From: an uncultured archaeon
GTDB taxonomy: Archaea > Asgardarchaeota > Lokiarchaeia > Sigyniarchaeales > Promethearchaeaceae
Direction: 5' to 3'
Assembly (NCBI GenBank): GCA_964426185.1
Contig: CAYRPF010000017.1
Coordinates: forward strand, 14,387-46,386
Length of the DNA: 32,000 nucleotides
The first letter of the stretch is position 1. Each line of letters starts with the position of its first letter. Position numbers and translations under genes: made by a program. The notes beneath the pieces were generated by a model that worked only from the letters and a program-made list of their open reading frames with translations, was not told the origin of the DNA and did not search any database. This document shows, piece after piece, positions 1 to 8,265 of the stretch.

Positions 1-202
1 GGAATCTTCCCATTTTATTTGCTAATTGCGCCCGTAAAAGAAATATTTCATCTTGAACCTTAGATTCAAGATCTCTTTGCTGTTCTAGCATATCAATGGC
101 TTCTTTTGCTTTTGCGAATTGAGATGATTTAATATATTCTCGAATTTGATCAAATTTACTATCGAACCTATCATCTAAACAACCGTCATTTCTTGAAACC
201 AT
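1..202 (-). CDS. 5' part of a helical (possibly TPR-like) protein running off the left edge of the window
   Basis: Manual translation from ATG at 202: MVSRNDGCLDDRFDSKFDQIREYIKSSQFAKAKEAIDMLEQQRDLESKVQDEIFLLRAQLANKMGRF... The frame is open to the window edge. The AKAKEAI / LLRAQLANKMGRF pattern resembles TPR helices. Not in the ORF track. Confidence 0.65.
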   Translation of the reverse strand, partial: MVSRNDGCLDDRFDSKFDQIREYIKSSQFAKAKEAIDMLEQQRDLESKVQDEIFLLRAQLANKMGRF

Positions 203-338
203 TCTGATTCCTACCAAATCTTCTTAGTTGTGAACGCAACAATTTCATTTCTAGAAATTGTCACACGTTTTGTTTGAAGTTTAATTACTGAATTTTACAT
301 CTCGAATAACTATAAAAAGACTCCCGACAAAAAAGTAC

Positions 339-390
339 TTAAGCTCCATCCAACTTTTAGTTTTGCCTTAAAATAATTAAGCTCCATCCA
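339..390. repeat. 14-bp perfect direct repeat TTAAGCTCCATCCA (339-352 and 377-390) in a divergent intergenic region
   Basis: Two identical copies 38 bp apart, read directly from the sequence. Confidence 0.8.
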
Positions 391-486
391 CTCAATTCAT
401 AAGTTTTATAGGTGCAAAAATCCAAAATATATCATAAGCACTTGAACTAATTTTTCACAAATAAATCATCAAAAGGTGGATTAACT

Positions 487-654
487 ATGAGCGCTGATGA
501 ATTACGAAAAGAAATTGAAGCCATGAATAAAGAAAAACTCAAAAAAGTTCCCGAAGAACAAAAAGCCCAAATAGAAGCTGAACGCAAAAAACGGGCTGAA
601 GAATTAGAAAAATTGAAAGAAAAACTAAAAGCCGAAGGCAAATGGGAAGAGTAA
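487..654 (+). CDS. Small highly charged coiled-coil protein (55 aa)
   Basis: MSADELRKEIEAMNKEKLKKVPEEQKAQIEAERKKRAEELEKLKEKLKAEGKWEE. SD-like AAGGTGGA at 473-480 and a T-rich tract after the stop. The track's 447..641 minus ORF is its antisense shadow. Confidence 0.8.
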   Translation: MSADELRKEIEAMNKEKLKKVPEEQKAQIEAERKKRAEELEKLKEKLKAEGKWEE

Positions 655-705
655 TTTTTTGACCTTGTATTTTAAATTTAAACATTTTGGTTTTTTAGAA
701 TTTTT

Positions 706-1422
706 TCAAATATCCATCATTTTTTTTTTTGCTTTTTCAAATACTAACTTAGCGGGATTTGTGGTTGAAATATAACTACCGCCTTCAAAATCCGTCAAAA
801 TCACGGTAAAGGGTTTACTTCCTTCTTTACATGCAAGTAATCTTTTCAAAGCTTCATTTGCCTGTTCCCATTCATGAGTGTCAGCAGGGGTGGTTTGCAG
901 GAAAAATTGAATTTGTTTCTCCATTTTCAGCAGAATACCCTCTATATTAGTAAAATCAAAGTTCGCTGCCGGACCACGCTCAATAGTTACTCCTATTTCA
1001 GGGATCTCTAGATTTCCTGTAGCACCTCGAAAAATTTTTGAAGTAAAATCGCCGTCGTCTACAGTTAATTGATATTTTCCCGGTTTAAAAGCGGTATAAA
1101 CAGGAATTGTATCGGCCTTTCGATAACCGCAATGTTCACAGAGAATAACGAAAATAATTACCTCGTCTCCATCTGGTAATGAATACAAAGTACGGGTAAT
1201 TTCAACTTCTTTATTGCAAACGGGGCACCTAATATCTTTTTCTATGGGAGGTAATTCATACTGTCCGTTTTTCCTTTTCAAATCAATTTTTTCTTGCAAA
1301 GATTTGGGTTTTGATGAATTAGATGAAGTGGATGAGGTGGGTTTAGCGAATGATGAATCTTTAGAAGATGGTTGTGAAGAAGAGGGATGAGATGAATTAG
1401 GTTTTTCGTTACTCAAGTTCAT
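706..1422 (-). CDS. ZPR1 zinc finger domain protein with a Ser/Pro/Lys-rich N-terminal extension
   Basis: CPVC...CEHCGYR zinc finger and LEIPEIGVTIERGP...TNIEGIL...FTVILTDFEGGSYI match the archaeal/eukaryotic ZPR1 A/B domain. Confidence 0.9.
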   Translation of the reverse strand: MNLSNEKPNSSHPSSSQPSSKDSSFAKPTSSTSSNSSKPKSLQEKIDLKRKNGQYELPPIEKDIRCPVCNKEVEITRTLYSLPDGDEVIIFVILCEHCGYRKADTIPVYTAFKPGKYQLTVDDGDFTSKIFRGATGNLEIPEIGVTIERGPAANFDFTNIEGILLKMEKQIQFFLQTTPADTHEWEQANEALKRLLACKEGSKPFTVILTDFEGGSYISTTNPAKLVFEKAKKKMMDI

Positions 1423-1576
1423 ATTTTAAATAGGAAGCGGTAATTTTTGTTTTTTTTGGCAAACAACTAAATGAAGCGAAAATGGGTAAAATAACCCTTT
1501 TCTTTATTAATATCATCTCACTTAAATAGGAATATATTTTTCAGATCATAACGATTTTTCATTTTGAGGTTTTAAA

Positions 1577-2191
1577 ATGATCGAAGATAAAATATTCGAA
1601 ATCACTATGCACGGGCGAGGAGGACAAGGTGCCATCACTGCATCACTCCTTCTCTGTGAAGTTGCATATGCTGATGGATATACAGACGTACTGAGCATTC
1701 CTAAAATAGGTGCAGAAAGAAGAGGTGCTCCAATTAAAGCATTTGCAAAACTCTCTCGAAATAGAGAAATTAAAAATTATTCTGCCATTGAAGACGCTGA
1801 TATAACTATAATTTTTGATGACTCGTTAATCCCTTTACCAGGAGTTGCAGATGCCATTAAACACGGAACCATACTGATTAATACAAATCGAGAAATAGAT
1901 ATATCCAATTTTCCCGAAGCATGTAAAATTTATACGGTTCCCGTTACCAATATCGCTTTAGAACTAAACCTCACCACTGCAGGATATCCAATTTTGAATA
2001 TCCCGCTATTAGGTGCACTAACGAAAATCAAATACTATGATGAAAGCGGAGAAACTGATTTAGGGCTTCATTTAGAAACAATTGAAAAAGTGGCTTTGAA
2101 GAAATTCGGTTCTCGAGGGCATTTAAACTATGAAGCCGCGAGAAAAGCTGCCGAACAAGTTAAGGAGGTATCACCAGGTAAGCAGGCTTAA
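1577..2191 (+). CDS. porC: 2-oxoacid (pyruvate/ketoisovalerate):ferredoxin oxidoreductase gamma subunit
   Basis: HGRGGQGAITA and GAERRGAP motifs. First gene of a gamma-delta-alpha-beta cluster. SD GAGGT upstream. Confidence 0.93.
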   Translation: MIEDKIFEITMHGRGGQGAITASLLLCEVAYADGYTDVLSIPKIGAERRGAPIKAFAKLSRNREIKNYSAIEDADITIIFDDSLIPLPGVADAIKHGTILINTNREIDISNFPEACKIYTVPVTNIALELNLTTAGYPILNIPLLGALTKIKYYDESGETDLGLHLETIEKVALKKFGSRGHLNYEAARKAAEQVKEVSPGKQA

Positions 2192-2221
2192 ATGCATACC
2201 TCGTTTAAGAAGTGATGACTT

Positions 2222-2563
2222 ATGACAGAAAATAAAAATAATTGGGAAATAATCAGAAAATCCCGTGAAGAACGCCCCAAAGTGCAATCATGGTCCTCTT
2301 TTTGGGATCTTCCGCCAGCTTCAGTATCCCTACCTGTAAAAGGATGCGCCGGTCATACTGGGGATTGGAGAACTTTTCGACCCGTAATCAATCAAGAAGA
2401 ATGCATTCAATGCTACCATTGTTATATGTATTGTCCAGAAGGCACGGTACTAATTGACGACGAAACCGGAGAGGTTAGTTTTGATTATGATTACTGTAAA
2501 GGCTGCGGGATCTGCGCAGAAATGTGCCCTAAAAACTGTATTGAGATGCAGAGAGAAGAATAA
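2222..2563 (+). CDS. porD: 2-oxoacid:ferredoxin oxidoreductase delta subunit (2x[4Fe-4S])
   Basis: TGDWRTFRPVI, CIQCYHCYMYCP and DYDYCKGCGICAEMCP motifs. Confidence 0.94.
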   Translation: MTENKNNWEIIRKSREERPKVQSWSSFWDLPPASVSLPVKGCAGHTGDWRTFRPVINQEECIQCYHCYMYCPEGTVLIDDETGEVSFDYDYCKGCGICAEMCPKNCIEMQREE

Positions 2564-2603
2564 GGAAAAAAAAAGTGAAATGTAAGAAAAAAGGTGAAAA
2601 AAT

Positions 2604-3905
2604 ATGGTAGAACCAAAATTCTTTGAAGGTCCGCAGAAAGGTAATTTAGCCGCAGCATATGCGGCCATGGACGCAAACGTTGATGTAGTTACAGCTTATC
2701 CCATAACCCCCCAAACCACAGTAGTGGAAGAATTAAGCCGATTAGTGGGGGAAGAAGAATTCCTCGCTCGCAATCAACACACGCAATTTATGCGGATGGA
2801 ATCTGAACATAGTGTGGCTGCTGGGCTAGTAGGTGCGAGTTTTGCTGGAGCAAGAGTTTACTCGGCAACTGCAGGACAAGGCTTACTTTATATGACTGAA
2901 ATGATCCACTGGATGGTCGGAGCCCGTTTACCAGTAGTTCTATCTATCGCAACCCGAGGAATAACCGGTGGTGGATGGAATATTTGGGCAGATTTCGGCG
3001 ATATCATGGGATTACGTGATAGCGGAATAATGATTCAGTTGCTATCTACTCATCAAGAGATATATGATACTATTTTAATGAGCTATAACATAGCAGAACA
3101 TCCCGATGTGATGCTCCCTCTTTTTCCAGCTTATGGAGGTTTTGTGTTAAGTCATACTTCAAAGCCGGTAAAAAGAGTTCCGTGGGAAGAAGCGCAGAAA
3201 TTCGTGATTCCAAAAAGAGATGAATGGGAACATATCTGGATAGATAGTAATAGACCGATAATGTCAGCAGCATTGATTATGCCTCAAAGTTTTTATGCCG
3301 AATTTCGGATCAAAGCACACGAAGCCCAGATGAAAGCAATTCCCATTATTAAAGATACTATGGCCAAATTTAATAAGCAATTTGGTCGATCTTATGGAAA
3401 TGGACTGGTTGAACCATACAAAGCCGATGACGCAGATGTATTAATGATCAGTTACGGAACAATTGCAAAACAAGCCGAAGAAGTCATTGATATATTACGA
3501 AAGCAAGGCTACAAAGCCGGAGCTTTACGAATCCGAACTTATCGACCTTTCCCTGCTGCAGATATCCTGAAATATATTAAAAACACTCCCGTGGTAGGTG
3601 TCATGGATCGGGCAATTTCCTTCGGCAATTATTCCGCCGGACCGCTGAGTTCAGATATTATGGCCGCTTGCCAACGCTACGAACCAACCCAGAACGCCAA
3701 AATTTTGCCATTTGTTGGTGGTTTAGGTGGCCGTGATGTAACTTTTGATGATCAAATCGAACAATTCAAAATTCTCTTCGACCTAAAAGAAAAGGGCGAA
3801 GCACCCCATAAACCCTATAAGATGTGGGGAACCTACTGGACCGGCTTGATTACTGGCTCGGATAAGGTGCTACAAGGAGAAGAAGAATATTTCGGAGATA
3901 TATAA
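2604..3905 (+). CDS. porA: 2-oxoacid:ferredoxin oxidoreductase alpha subunit
   Basis: AYPITPQT, MESEH, ATAGQGL, RTYRPFP and GLGGRD motifs. SD AAGGTGA upstream. Confidence 0.94.
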   Translation: MVEPKFFEGPQKGNLAAAYAAMDANVDVVTAYPITPQTTVVEELSRLVGEEEFLARNQHTQFMRMESEHSVAAGLVGASFAGARVYSATAGQGLLYMTEMIHWMVGARLPVVLSIATRGITGGGWNIWADFGDIMGLRDSGIMIQLLSTHQEIYDTILMSYNIAEHPDVMLPLFPAYGGFVLSHTSKPVKRVPWEEAQKFVIPKRDEWEHIWIDSNRPIMSAALIMPQSFYAEFRIKAHEAQMKAIPIIKDTMAKFNKQFGRSYGNGLVEPYKADDADVLMISYGTIAKQAEEVIDILRKQGYKAGALRIRTYRPFPAADILKYIKNTPVVGVMDRAISFGNYSAGPLSSDIMAACQRYEPTQNAKILPFVGGLGGRDVTFDDQIEQFKILFDLKEKGEAPHKPYKMWGTYWTGLITGSDKVLQGEEEYFGDI

Positions 3906-3918
3906 GGAGGAAAAAAAG

Positions 3919-4857
3919 ATGGCAAAAACTAAGATTAAAGATATCATAGCCAATCCCGAAACTAAAAGAGAATACTTCCTACCCGGAAACGCCACCTGCC
4001 AAGGCTGCGGACTGGACCTGGCTCTGCGATGGGCAATGAAAGCACTCGGCCCAAAAACCGCCACCGTAAGTCCCGCCTCTTGTGCAAACGTGGTTACAGG
4101 TTTATGGCCCAAATCAGCGCCTGACTGGCCTTGGTTTAACATGGCCTTCGCCGCCTCGGCTGCCGCCGCTTCCGGTATGAAACATGGCTTAATTGCCAAA
4201 GGAAAGGGTGATTACAACGTGGTTGTATGGGCGGGTGATGGTGGGACCACAGATATCGGTATCCAAGGTTTGAGCGGTGCAGCCGAACGAAACGAAGATA
4301 TCATATATGTATGTTATGATAACGAATCTTACATGAATACTGGTATACAGGCTAGTTCAAGTGCACCCCGTGGGACGGTTACGACCACGACACCGTATGG
4401 TAAGACGAAGAAGAAGAAGAACGTTCCTATGATTGTTGCGGCGCATAATGTGCCGTATGTAGCGACTTGCTCGGTCGGCAATCCGCTGGATTTGTATGAT
4501 AAATTTAAGAAAGCGAAGGATATCAAGGGCTTTCGTTATATTCAAATTCTTTCACCTTGTCCTCCAGGTTGGCGTCATGATGGGAAGTATACCATTAGGC
4601 AGGCGCAGTTAGCGGTAGATACGGGCATTTTTCCTTTGTTCGAGATCGAGAATGGCATACTGACCTTAACAGGTAAGAGCAAAAGGCTGCATGATCCGAC
4701 CAAACGTAAGCCCATAGGCGAATATTTCAGCAAGCAGAATCAAGGTCGGTTCAAATTGATTGATGAGAAGTTGCTGGAGCAGTTGCAGAAGGATGTGGAT
4801 GAGTGGTGGTCTTGGATCGACCGTTATTTGGTTTATCAAGAGAATCTGGAGATATAA
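3919..4857 (+). CDS. porB: 2-oxoacid:ferredoxin oxidoreductase beta subunit (TPP-binding)
   Basis: CQGCG, GDGGTTDIG TPP motif, DNESYMNTGIQ and SPCPPGW. SD AAGGAGG upstream. Confidence 0.94.
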   Translation: MAKTKIKDIIANPETKREYFLPGNATCQGCGLDLALRWAMKALGPKTATVSPASCANVVTGLWPKSAPDWPWFNMAFAASAAAASGMKHGLIAKGKGDYNVVVWAGDGGTTDIGIQGLSGAAERNEDIIYVCYDNESYMNTGIQASSSAPRGTVTTTTPYGKTKKKKNVPMIVAAHNVPYVATCSVGNPLDLYDKFKKAKDIKGFRYIQILSPCPPGWRHDGKYTIRQAQLAVDTGIFPLFEIENGILTLTGKSKRLHDPTKRKPIGEYFSKQNQGRFKLIDEKLLEQLQKDVDEWWSWIDRYLVYQENLEI

Positions 4858-4867
4858 ATCGATAAAT

Positions 4868-4910
4868 AGAAAAAACGAGGGTTTTTTTCTTCTTTATTAA
4901 TTTTTTTCAA
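4868..4910. terminator. Probable terminator between convergent porB and the kinase gene
   Basis: AGAAAAAAC-GAGG-GTTTTTTTCT imperfect inverted repeat followed by T-rich tracts. Confidence 0.5.
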
Positions 4911-4921
4911 CTATATTCTAT

Positions 4922-5866
4922 TTATGTATCATGAAATTTCTGCATACATAAGACTCGCCACTTTTTCAGCCATTTATACTGTTGATCGAGAAATTCCATG
5001 CTGATCTTATTATGTCCTCTCGCTTCAGCAATGGTAGCAATTAATTCAAAGTGCCGTACTGCTATGAAATAGAAAAGGCCTCTTAATTCTAAAGGGGAAA
5101 GGGATTTTCCATAACCTAAAAGAAATGCATCTACACGTTTTTGGGTATTCTCAAAAGCATTTTTTTCTAAAGCGTTAAAGTTGGTAGCATCACAAATGGT
5201 CGCAAAGTCAATCACTGGATGAACTTTAGAAGCAATATCAAAATCAAAAAGCATAAATTTTCCTGCTTCGGTTTTAAACATGTTACCCGTATGCAAATCG
5301 CCGTGGCAGAATCCAGTGGGAAGTTGTTCAATGGTTTCCCATAAAAATCTCCCGAATTGCTCAAACCAATCAATTTTGTCTGCCGAATAATTTTTTTGTC
5401 GCATTAAATCGATGAATCGGTCAATATAAAAATTCTCGCCTCGGGTTATCAAAGAGCGGGGATATTTTTCCATCAAATCATGCAGTTGCCGGACTTGTTT
5501 TCCAATTTTTTGAATTTCGTTAGAGAGTTCTGGCACTTTACCTTCAATATATTCAAATACTGCTAATATTCTGGGTTCATTTTCAATAATTATATCGGAA
5601 AATAACTCTTTGTTTTGAGTCAAAATCGGTTTTACCACTGGATACTCGTTTAATCGGAGATATTGAATAATTTCCAAAGATTGAATCGCTTGAGCCCGGT
5701 GAAAAGCTCTATAAAGTTTGATTACAAATTTATGGTTATTCGTGCGTGCAAAATAAACATGACCGATCATTTCTCGATGCAGTTGCAAGGAATTTATCGG
5801 CAGATTGTAATGAATGGTAACCCAATCTTTTAGTTTTGCATATTCTGAAGAGATTTGAAAGTTCAT
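4922..5866 (-). CDS. Aminoglycoside phosphotransferase / homoserine kinase type II-like kinase
   Basis: VIKLY lysine strand, Brenner motif CHGDLHTGN and LFDFD metal-binding motif. Confidence 0.88.
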   Translation of the reverse strand: MNFQISSEYAKLKDWVTIHYNLPINSLQLHREMIGHVYFARTNNHKFVIKLYRAFHRAQAIQSLEIIQYLRLNEYPVVKPILTQNKELFSDIIIENEPRILAVFEYIEGKVPELSNEIQKIGKQVRQLHDLMEKYPRSLITRGENFYIDRFIDLMRQKNYSADKIDWFEQFGRFLWETIEQLPTGFCHGDLHTGNMFKTEAGKFMLFDFDIASKVHPVIDFATICDATNFNALEKNAFENTQKRVDAFLLGYGKSLSPLELRGLFYFIAVRHFELIATIAEARGHNKISMEFLDQQYKWLKKWRVLCMQKFHDT

Positions 5867-5961
5867 TGATTTACGCGTTATGGATTTATGGATTATTTAT
5901 ATTTTTTTGCAATATGCATCTTCTATTTTTGTCATAATGTTATGATTGGTAGTATTACTAA

Positions 5962-6000
5962 TTTTCCCGCTCTTTTTTCCCGCTCTTTTTTCCCGCTCTT
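5962..6000. repeat. 13-bp tandem repeat (TTTTTTCCCGCTC) x3
   Basis: The CCCGCTC core starts at 5966, 5979 and 5992 (period 13). Confidence 0.85.
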
Positions 6001-6073
6001 AAGTAACATTCTATTCTTTTCTAACATTCTTCCTTAAATTATATATACTTATAAAAAGAAAAGAAACAAGAGG

Positions 6074-6841
6074 ATGGGAAACGAGATGGAACACCTTTTT
6101 GTAGGAGTAGATGGATGTCGTGCAGGATGGATAGTTGCAACAATCTATGAAAATTCTCTGATCAATTGGGAAATTTTTCCATCATTTAAGCATATTTGGT
6201 CAAAATTTGAAGAACCACCTTTACAAGCATCTCGAATTTTCATAGATATTCCAATAGGTTTAGTGACTAAGGGTTCTCTTCCCCGTCTTTGTGATCAACA
6301 AGCGAGAAAAGCCTTAGGGCGCCCCCGTTCCAGCAGTATATTTTCCCCACCTTGTCGAAATGCCTTATTTGCGAAAGATTATGCCCACGCTAACTTGATT
6401 AATCGGAAATATACAAAGAAAGGATTATCTATTCAAGCATGGAACATTAGCTCGAAAATTTTAGAAATAAATAATTTTTTGCATCAAAATTTATTAATTA
6501 ATCGAATTCTCTGGGAGAGCCATCCAGAAGTGTGTTTTTGGGCACTTAATAAGAAACAACGCATGATTTATAATAAAAAAACAAAAGCTGGCTTCATCGA
6601 ACGAAAGTCGCTTCTAGTTAATTTCATGGAAATAAATGATTTTTTCATTGAAGCAGACCTATCTTTTAATAAATTTTCGCCCCAGCAAGCTCAAAAGGAT
6701 GATTATCTCGATGCTTGGGTACTCGCACTAACGGCTACCGGACGAGGGGGGGTTCTACGCACATTTCCTGATCCACCTACCTTCGATGACTATAATATTC
6801 CTCAAAGGATCGCTTATTTAGAAGTGAGCGAGAAAATTTAG
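6074..6841 (+). CDS. DUF429 family protein (predicted RNase H-like nuclease)
   Basis: GVDGCRAGW, IDIPIGL, R.CD..AR..LG, ESHPEV.F and DDYLDA motifs. Confidence 0.88.
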   Translation: MGNEMEHLFVGVDGCRAGWIVATIYENSLINWEIFPSFKHIWSKFEEPPLQASRIFIDIPIGLVTKGSLPRLCDQQARKALGRPRSSSIFSPPCRNALFAKDYAHANLINRKYTKKGLSIQAWNISSKILEINNFLHQNLLINRILWESHPEVCFWALNKKQRMIYNKKTKAGFIERKSLLVNFMEINDFFIEADLSFNKFSPQQAQKDDYLDAWVLALTATGRGGVLRTFPDPPTFDDYNIPQRIAYLEVSEKI

Positions 6842-6868
6842 CATAAGAAAGGGGCAAAATGGGTTTAA

Positions 6869-6899
6869 GGAGGTGAAGGTGGGAGTGGACTTCACCTCC
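6869..6899. other. Perfect 10-bp stem-loop GGAGGTGAAG-(11 nt)-CTTCACCTCC; terminator or 3' hairpin of a candidate minus-strand small RNA
   Basis: Exact inverted repeat at 6869-6878 and 6890-6899. Confidence 0.7.
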
Positions 6900-7280
6900 A
6901 GGGAATTTTTCTCCATTTTTTTCCATTCACATTTATCATTCGAACCAACAAACCAATCACAACGTGGGAGAAAAACACCCTAATCGGAAACCATTGAGGG
7001 ACTTTTTTCACTTTTTCCATTTTTCAAAGCGAACAGAGGGGGAGATGAGCGACGCATCAAATTTTCACTATCTCTAACCATTATAAGGGAAATTCATCTA
7101 TTTAAAATTTTACAATTATTTTAGTGATCTTGATGTATATCAGAATATTCACAATATTATTGACCTATGATGAAAATTAGGCTTATTTGGCCCAAAATTT
7201 AAATTTAAAGATAAATGAAAATTAGTTAGAACCACTTTATTATTGCCAATAAATGGGTTCCTCTAATTTGAAATACTTGT

Positions 7281-7592
7281 ATGCTGTTGATATCATTGAT
7301 GAAACAACATATGGCACATTCATTGGAGAAATTAACAGATAATAAACCTGTAATTGAGGTCGCTTTTAATTCTTATTTACCCAGTCCTTTGGTGCTTGAT
7401 TCATTTGTAGAAATAATCCGAAAACGAAAAATTTCTTTCGAATCTAAACAAAAACAAATTGATTCGCATTTATCCGAAGGGGATGTTGCGTATTCTGACT
7501 CAGAATTGGATGAAATAGATGAAAAAATAGAAAAAATTTTGAAACAGATTGATTGTGAACAAAAACAAGCCCGTGAAGCCTTATACATATAA
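7281..7592 (+). CDS. Small hypothetical protein with an acidic helical C-terminus (true start may be ATG 7311)
   Basis: 103-codon ORF with protein-like composition. Shares an FxxYLPS...E[IL][IL][RK] motif with the 8065 ORF. Confidence 0.65.
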   Translation: MLLISLMKQHMAHSLEKLTDNKPVIEVAFNSYLPSPLVLDSFVEIIRKRKISFESKQKQIDSHLSEGDVAYSDSELDEIDEKIEKILKQIDCEQKQAREALYI

Positions 7593-7724
7593 CAGATCGA
7601 ATTTCTTTTTTCTAATTCACACATAAAAATTCTAATAGTATAGCATCAAATTCAAAATTGGTGACTTAGACTTCTACAGAGATAAGATTTATATCTGCGT
7701 ATTTTTCTTCCTAGATTTGTAATG

Positions 7725-7758
7725 CGCGAGATTTAAATAGAATTTTCGCGATGGAGGT
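7725..7758 (+). promoter_or_regulatory. TATA-like box (TTTAAATA, 7732-7739) flanked by inverted repeat CGCGA/TCGCG, followed by SD GGAGGT
   Basis: CGCGAGATTTAAATAGAATTTTCGCG at 7725-7750, GGAGGT at 7753-7758, ATG at 7766. Confidence 0.5.
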
Positions 7759-7765
7759 ATAAAAT

Positions 7766-7951
7766 ATGAATGAAACATCTAATAAAACCACTTTCAAATC
7801 AATGATTGCAGAAAAGCAAGCAGAATTTGAAGGATTATTACACAAGTTTGAAAATTTGGTCGATCCTGTTGAGCGCTATATTAAACGAATGGAAATGGCC
7901 AAAATTAAAAAATGGTTAGATCAATTCGACGTACACGTAGATATCCCGTAA
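7766..7951 (+). CDS. Small hypothetical helical protein (61 aa)
   Basis: Strong SD GGAGGT, amphipathic two-helix sequence and poly-T immediately after the stop. Confidence 0.75.
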   Translation: MNETSNKTTFKSMIAEKQAEFEGLLHKFENLVDPVERYIKRMEMAKIKKWLDQFDVHVDIP

Positions 7952-8064
7952 TTTTTTTTTGAAATAATCTCCTTTTTTTTCTTTTCTTTTCTCATTCTAT
8001 AATCAACTCATGAAATAAAATGCAAGCAATACTTTTATAAAGATAAAATGAAATTTATTTTTGA

Positions 8065-8241
8065 ATGATGACAACGATCAATATTGATTTTGATATATAT
8101 CTTCCATCAGTTAATACGTATTTTAACTATCTGGAGTTGCTTAAAGCCCATCATTTTATTCCTCAAAATCAACACTTAGATTCGTTAATTAATTCAATGA
8201 TTAAAGAAATAAATTCACCTCTTGATAACGAAAACGAATGA
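8065..8241 (+). CDS. Small hypothetical protein (58 aa), not in the ORF track
   Basis: MMTTINIDFDIYLPSVNTYFNYLELLKAHHFIPQNQHLDSLINSMIKEINSPLDNENE. TTTATAA at ~8034-8040 lies about 25 nt upstream (leaderless geometry). Motif similarity to the 7281 ORF. Confidence 0.6.
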   Translation: MMTTINIDFDIYLPSVNTYFNYLELLKAHHFIPQNQHLDSLINSMIKEINSPLDNENE

Positions 8242-8265
8242 AAAAAACACACAGCTAATTTAAAA

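Noticed and set aside
339-390. Possible mini-CRISPR
   Set aside because: Only two 14-bp copies, no further units and no cas genes.
447-641. 64-aa minus-strand ORF in the track
   Set aside because: Antisense shadow of the better-supported plus-strand 487-654 gene, which has an SD and protein-like composition.
720-730. T11 (A11 on the coding strand) tract in ZPR1 as a phase-variation site
   Set aside because: It lies in the last few codons, so a length change alters only the tail. It does show that long A/T runs are common here, which tempers the A14 interpretation.
2450-4545. Several short minus-strand ORFs inside the por operon
   Set aside because: Antisense to well-conserved genes and lacking motifs.
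6892-7020. 42-codon minus-strand ORF (MEKVKKVPQWFPIRVFF...KIPWR)
   Set aside because: No SD and no recognisable family. Not listed as a CDS, but kept as an alternative to the sRNA reading.
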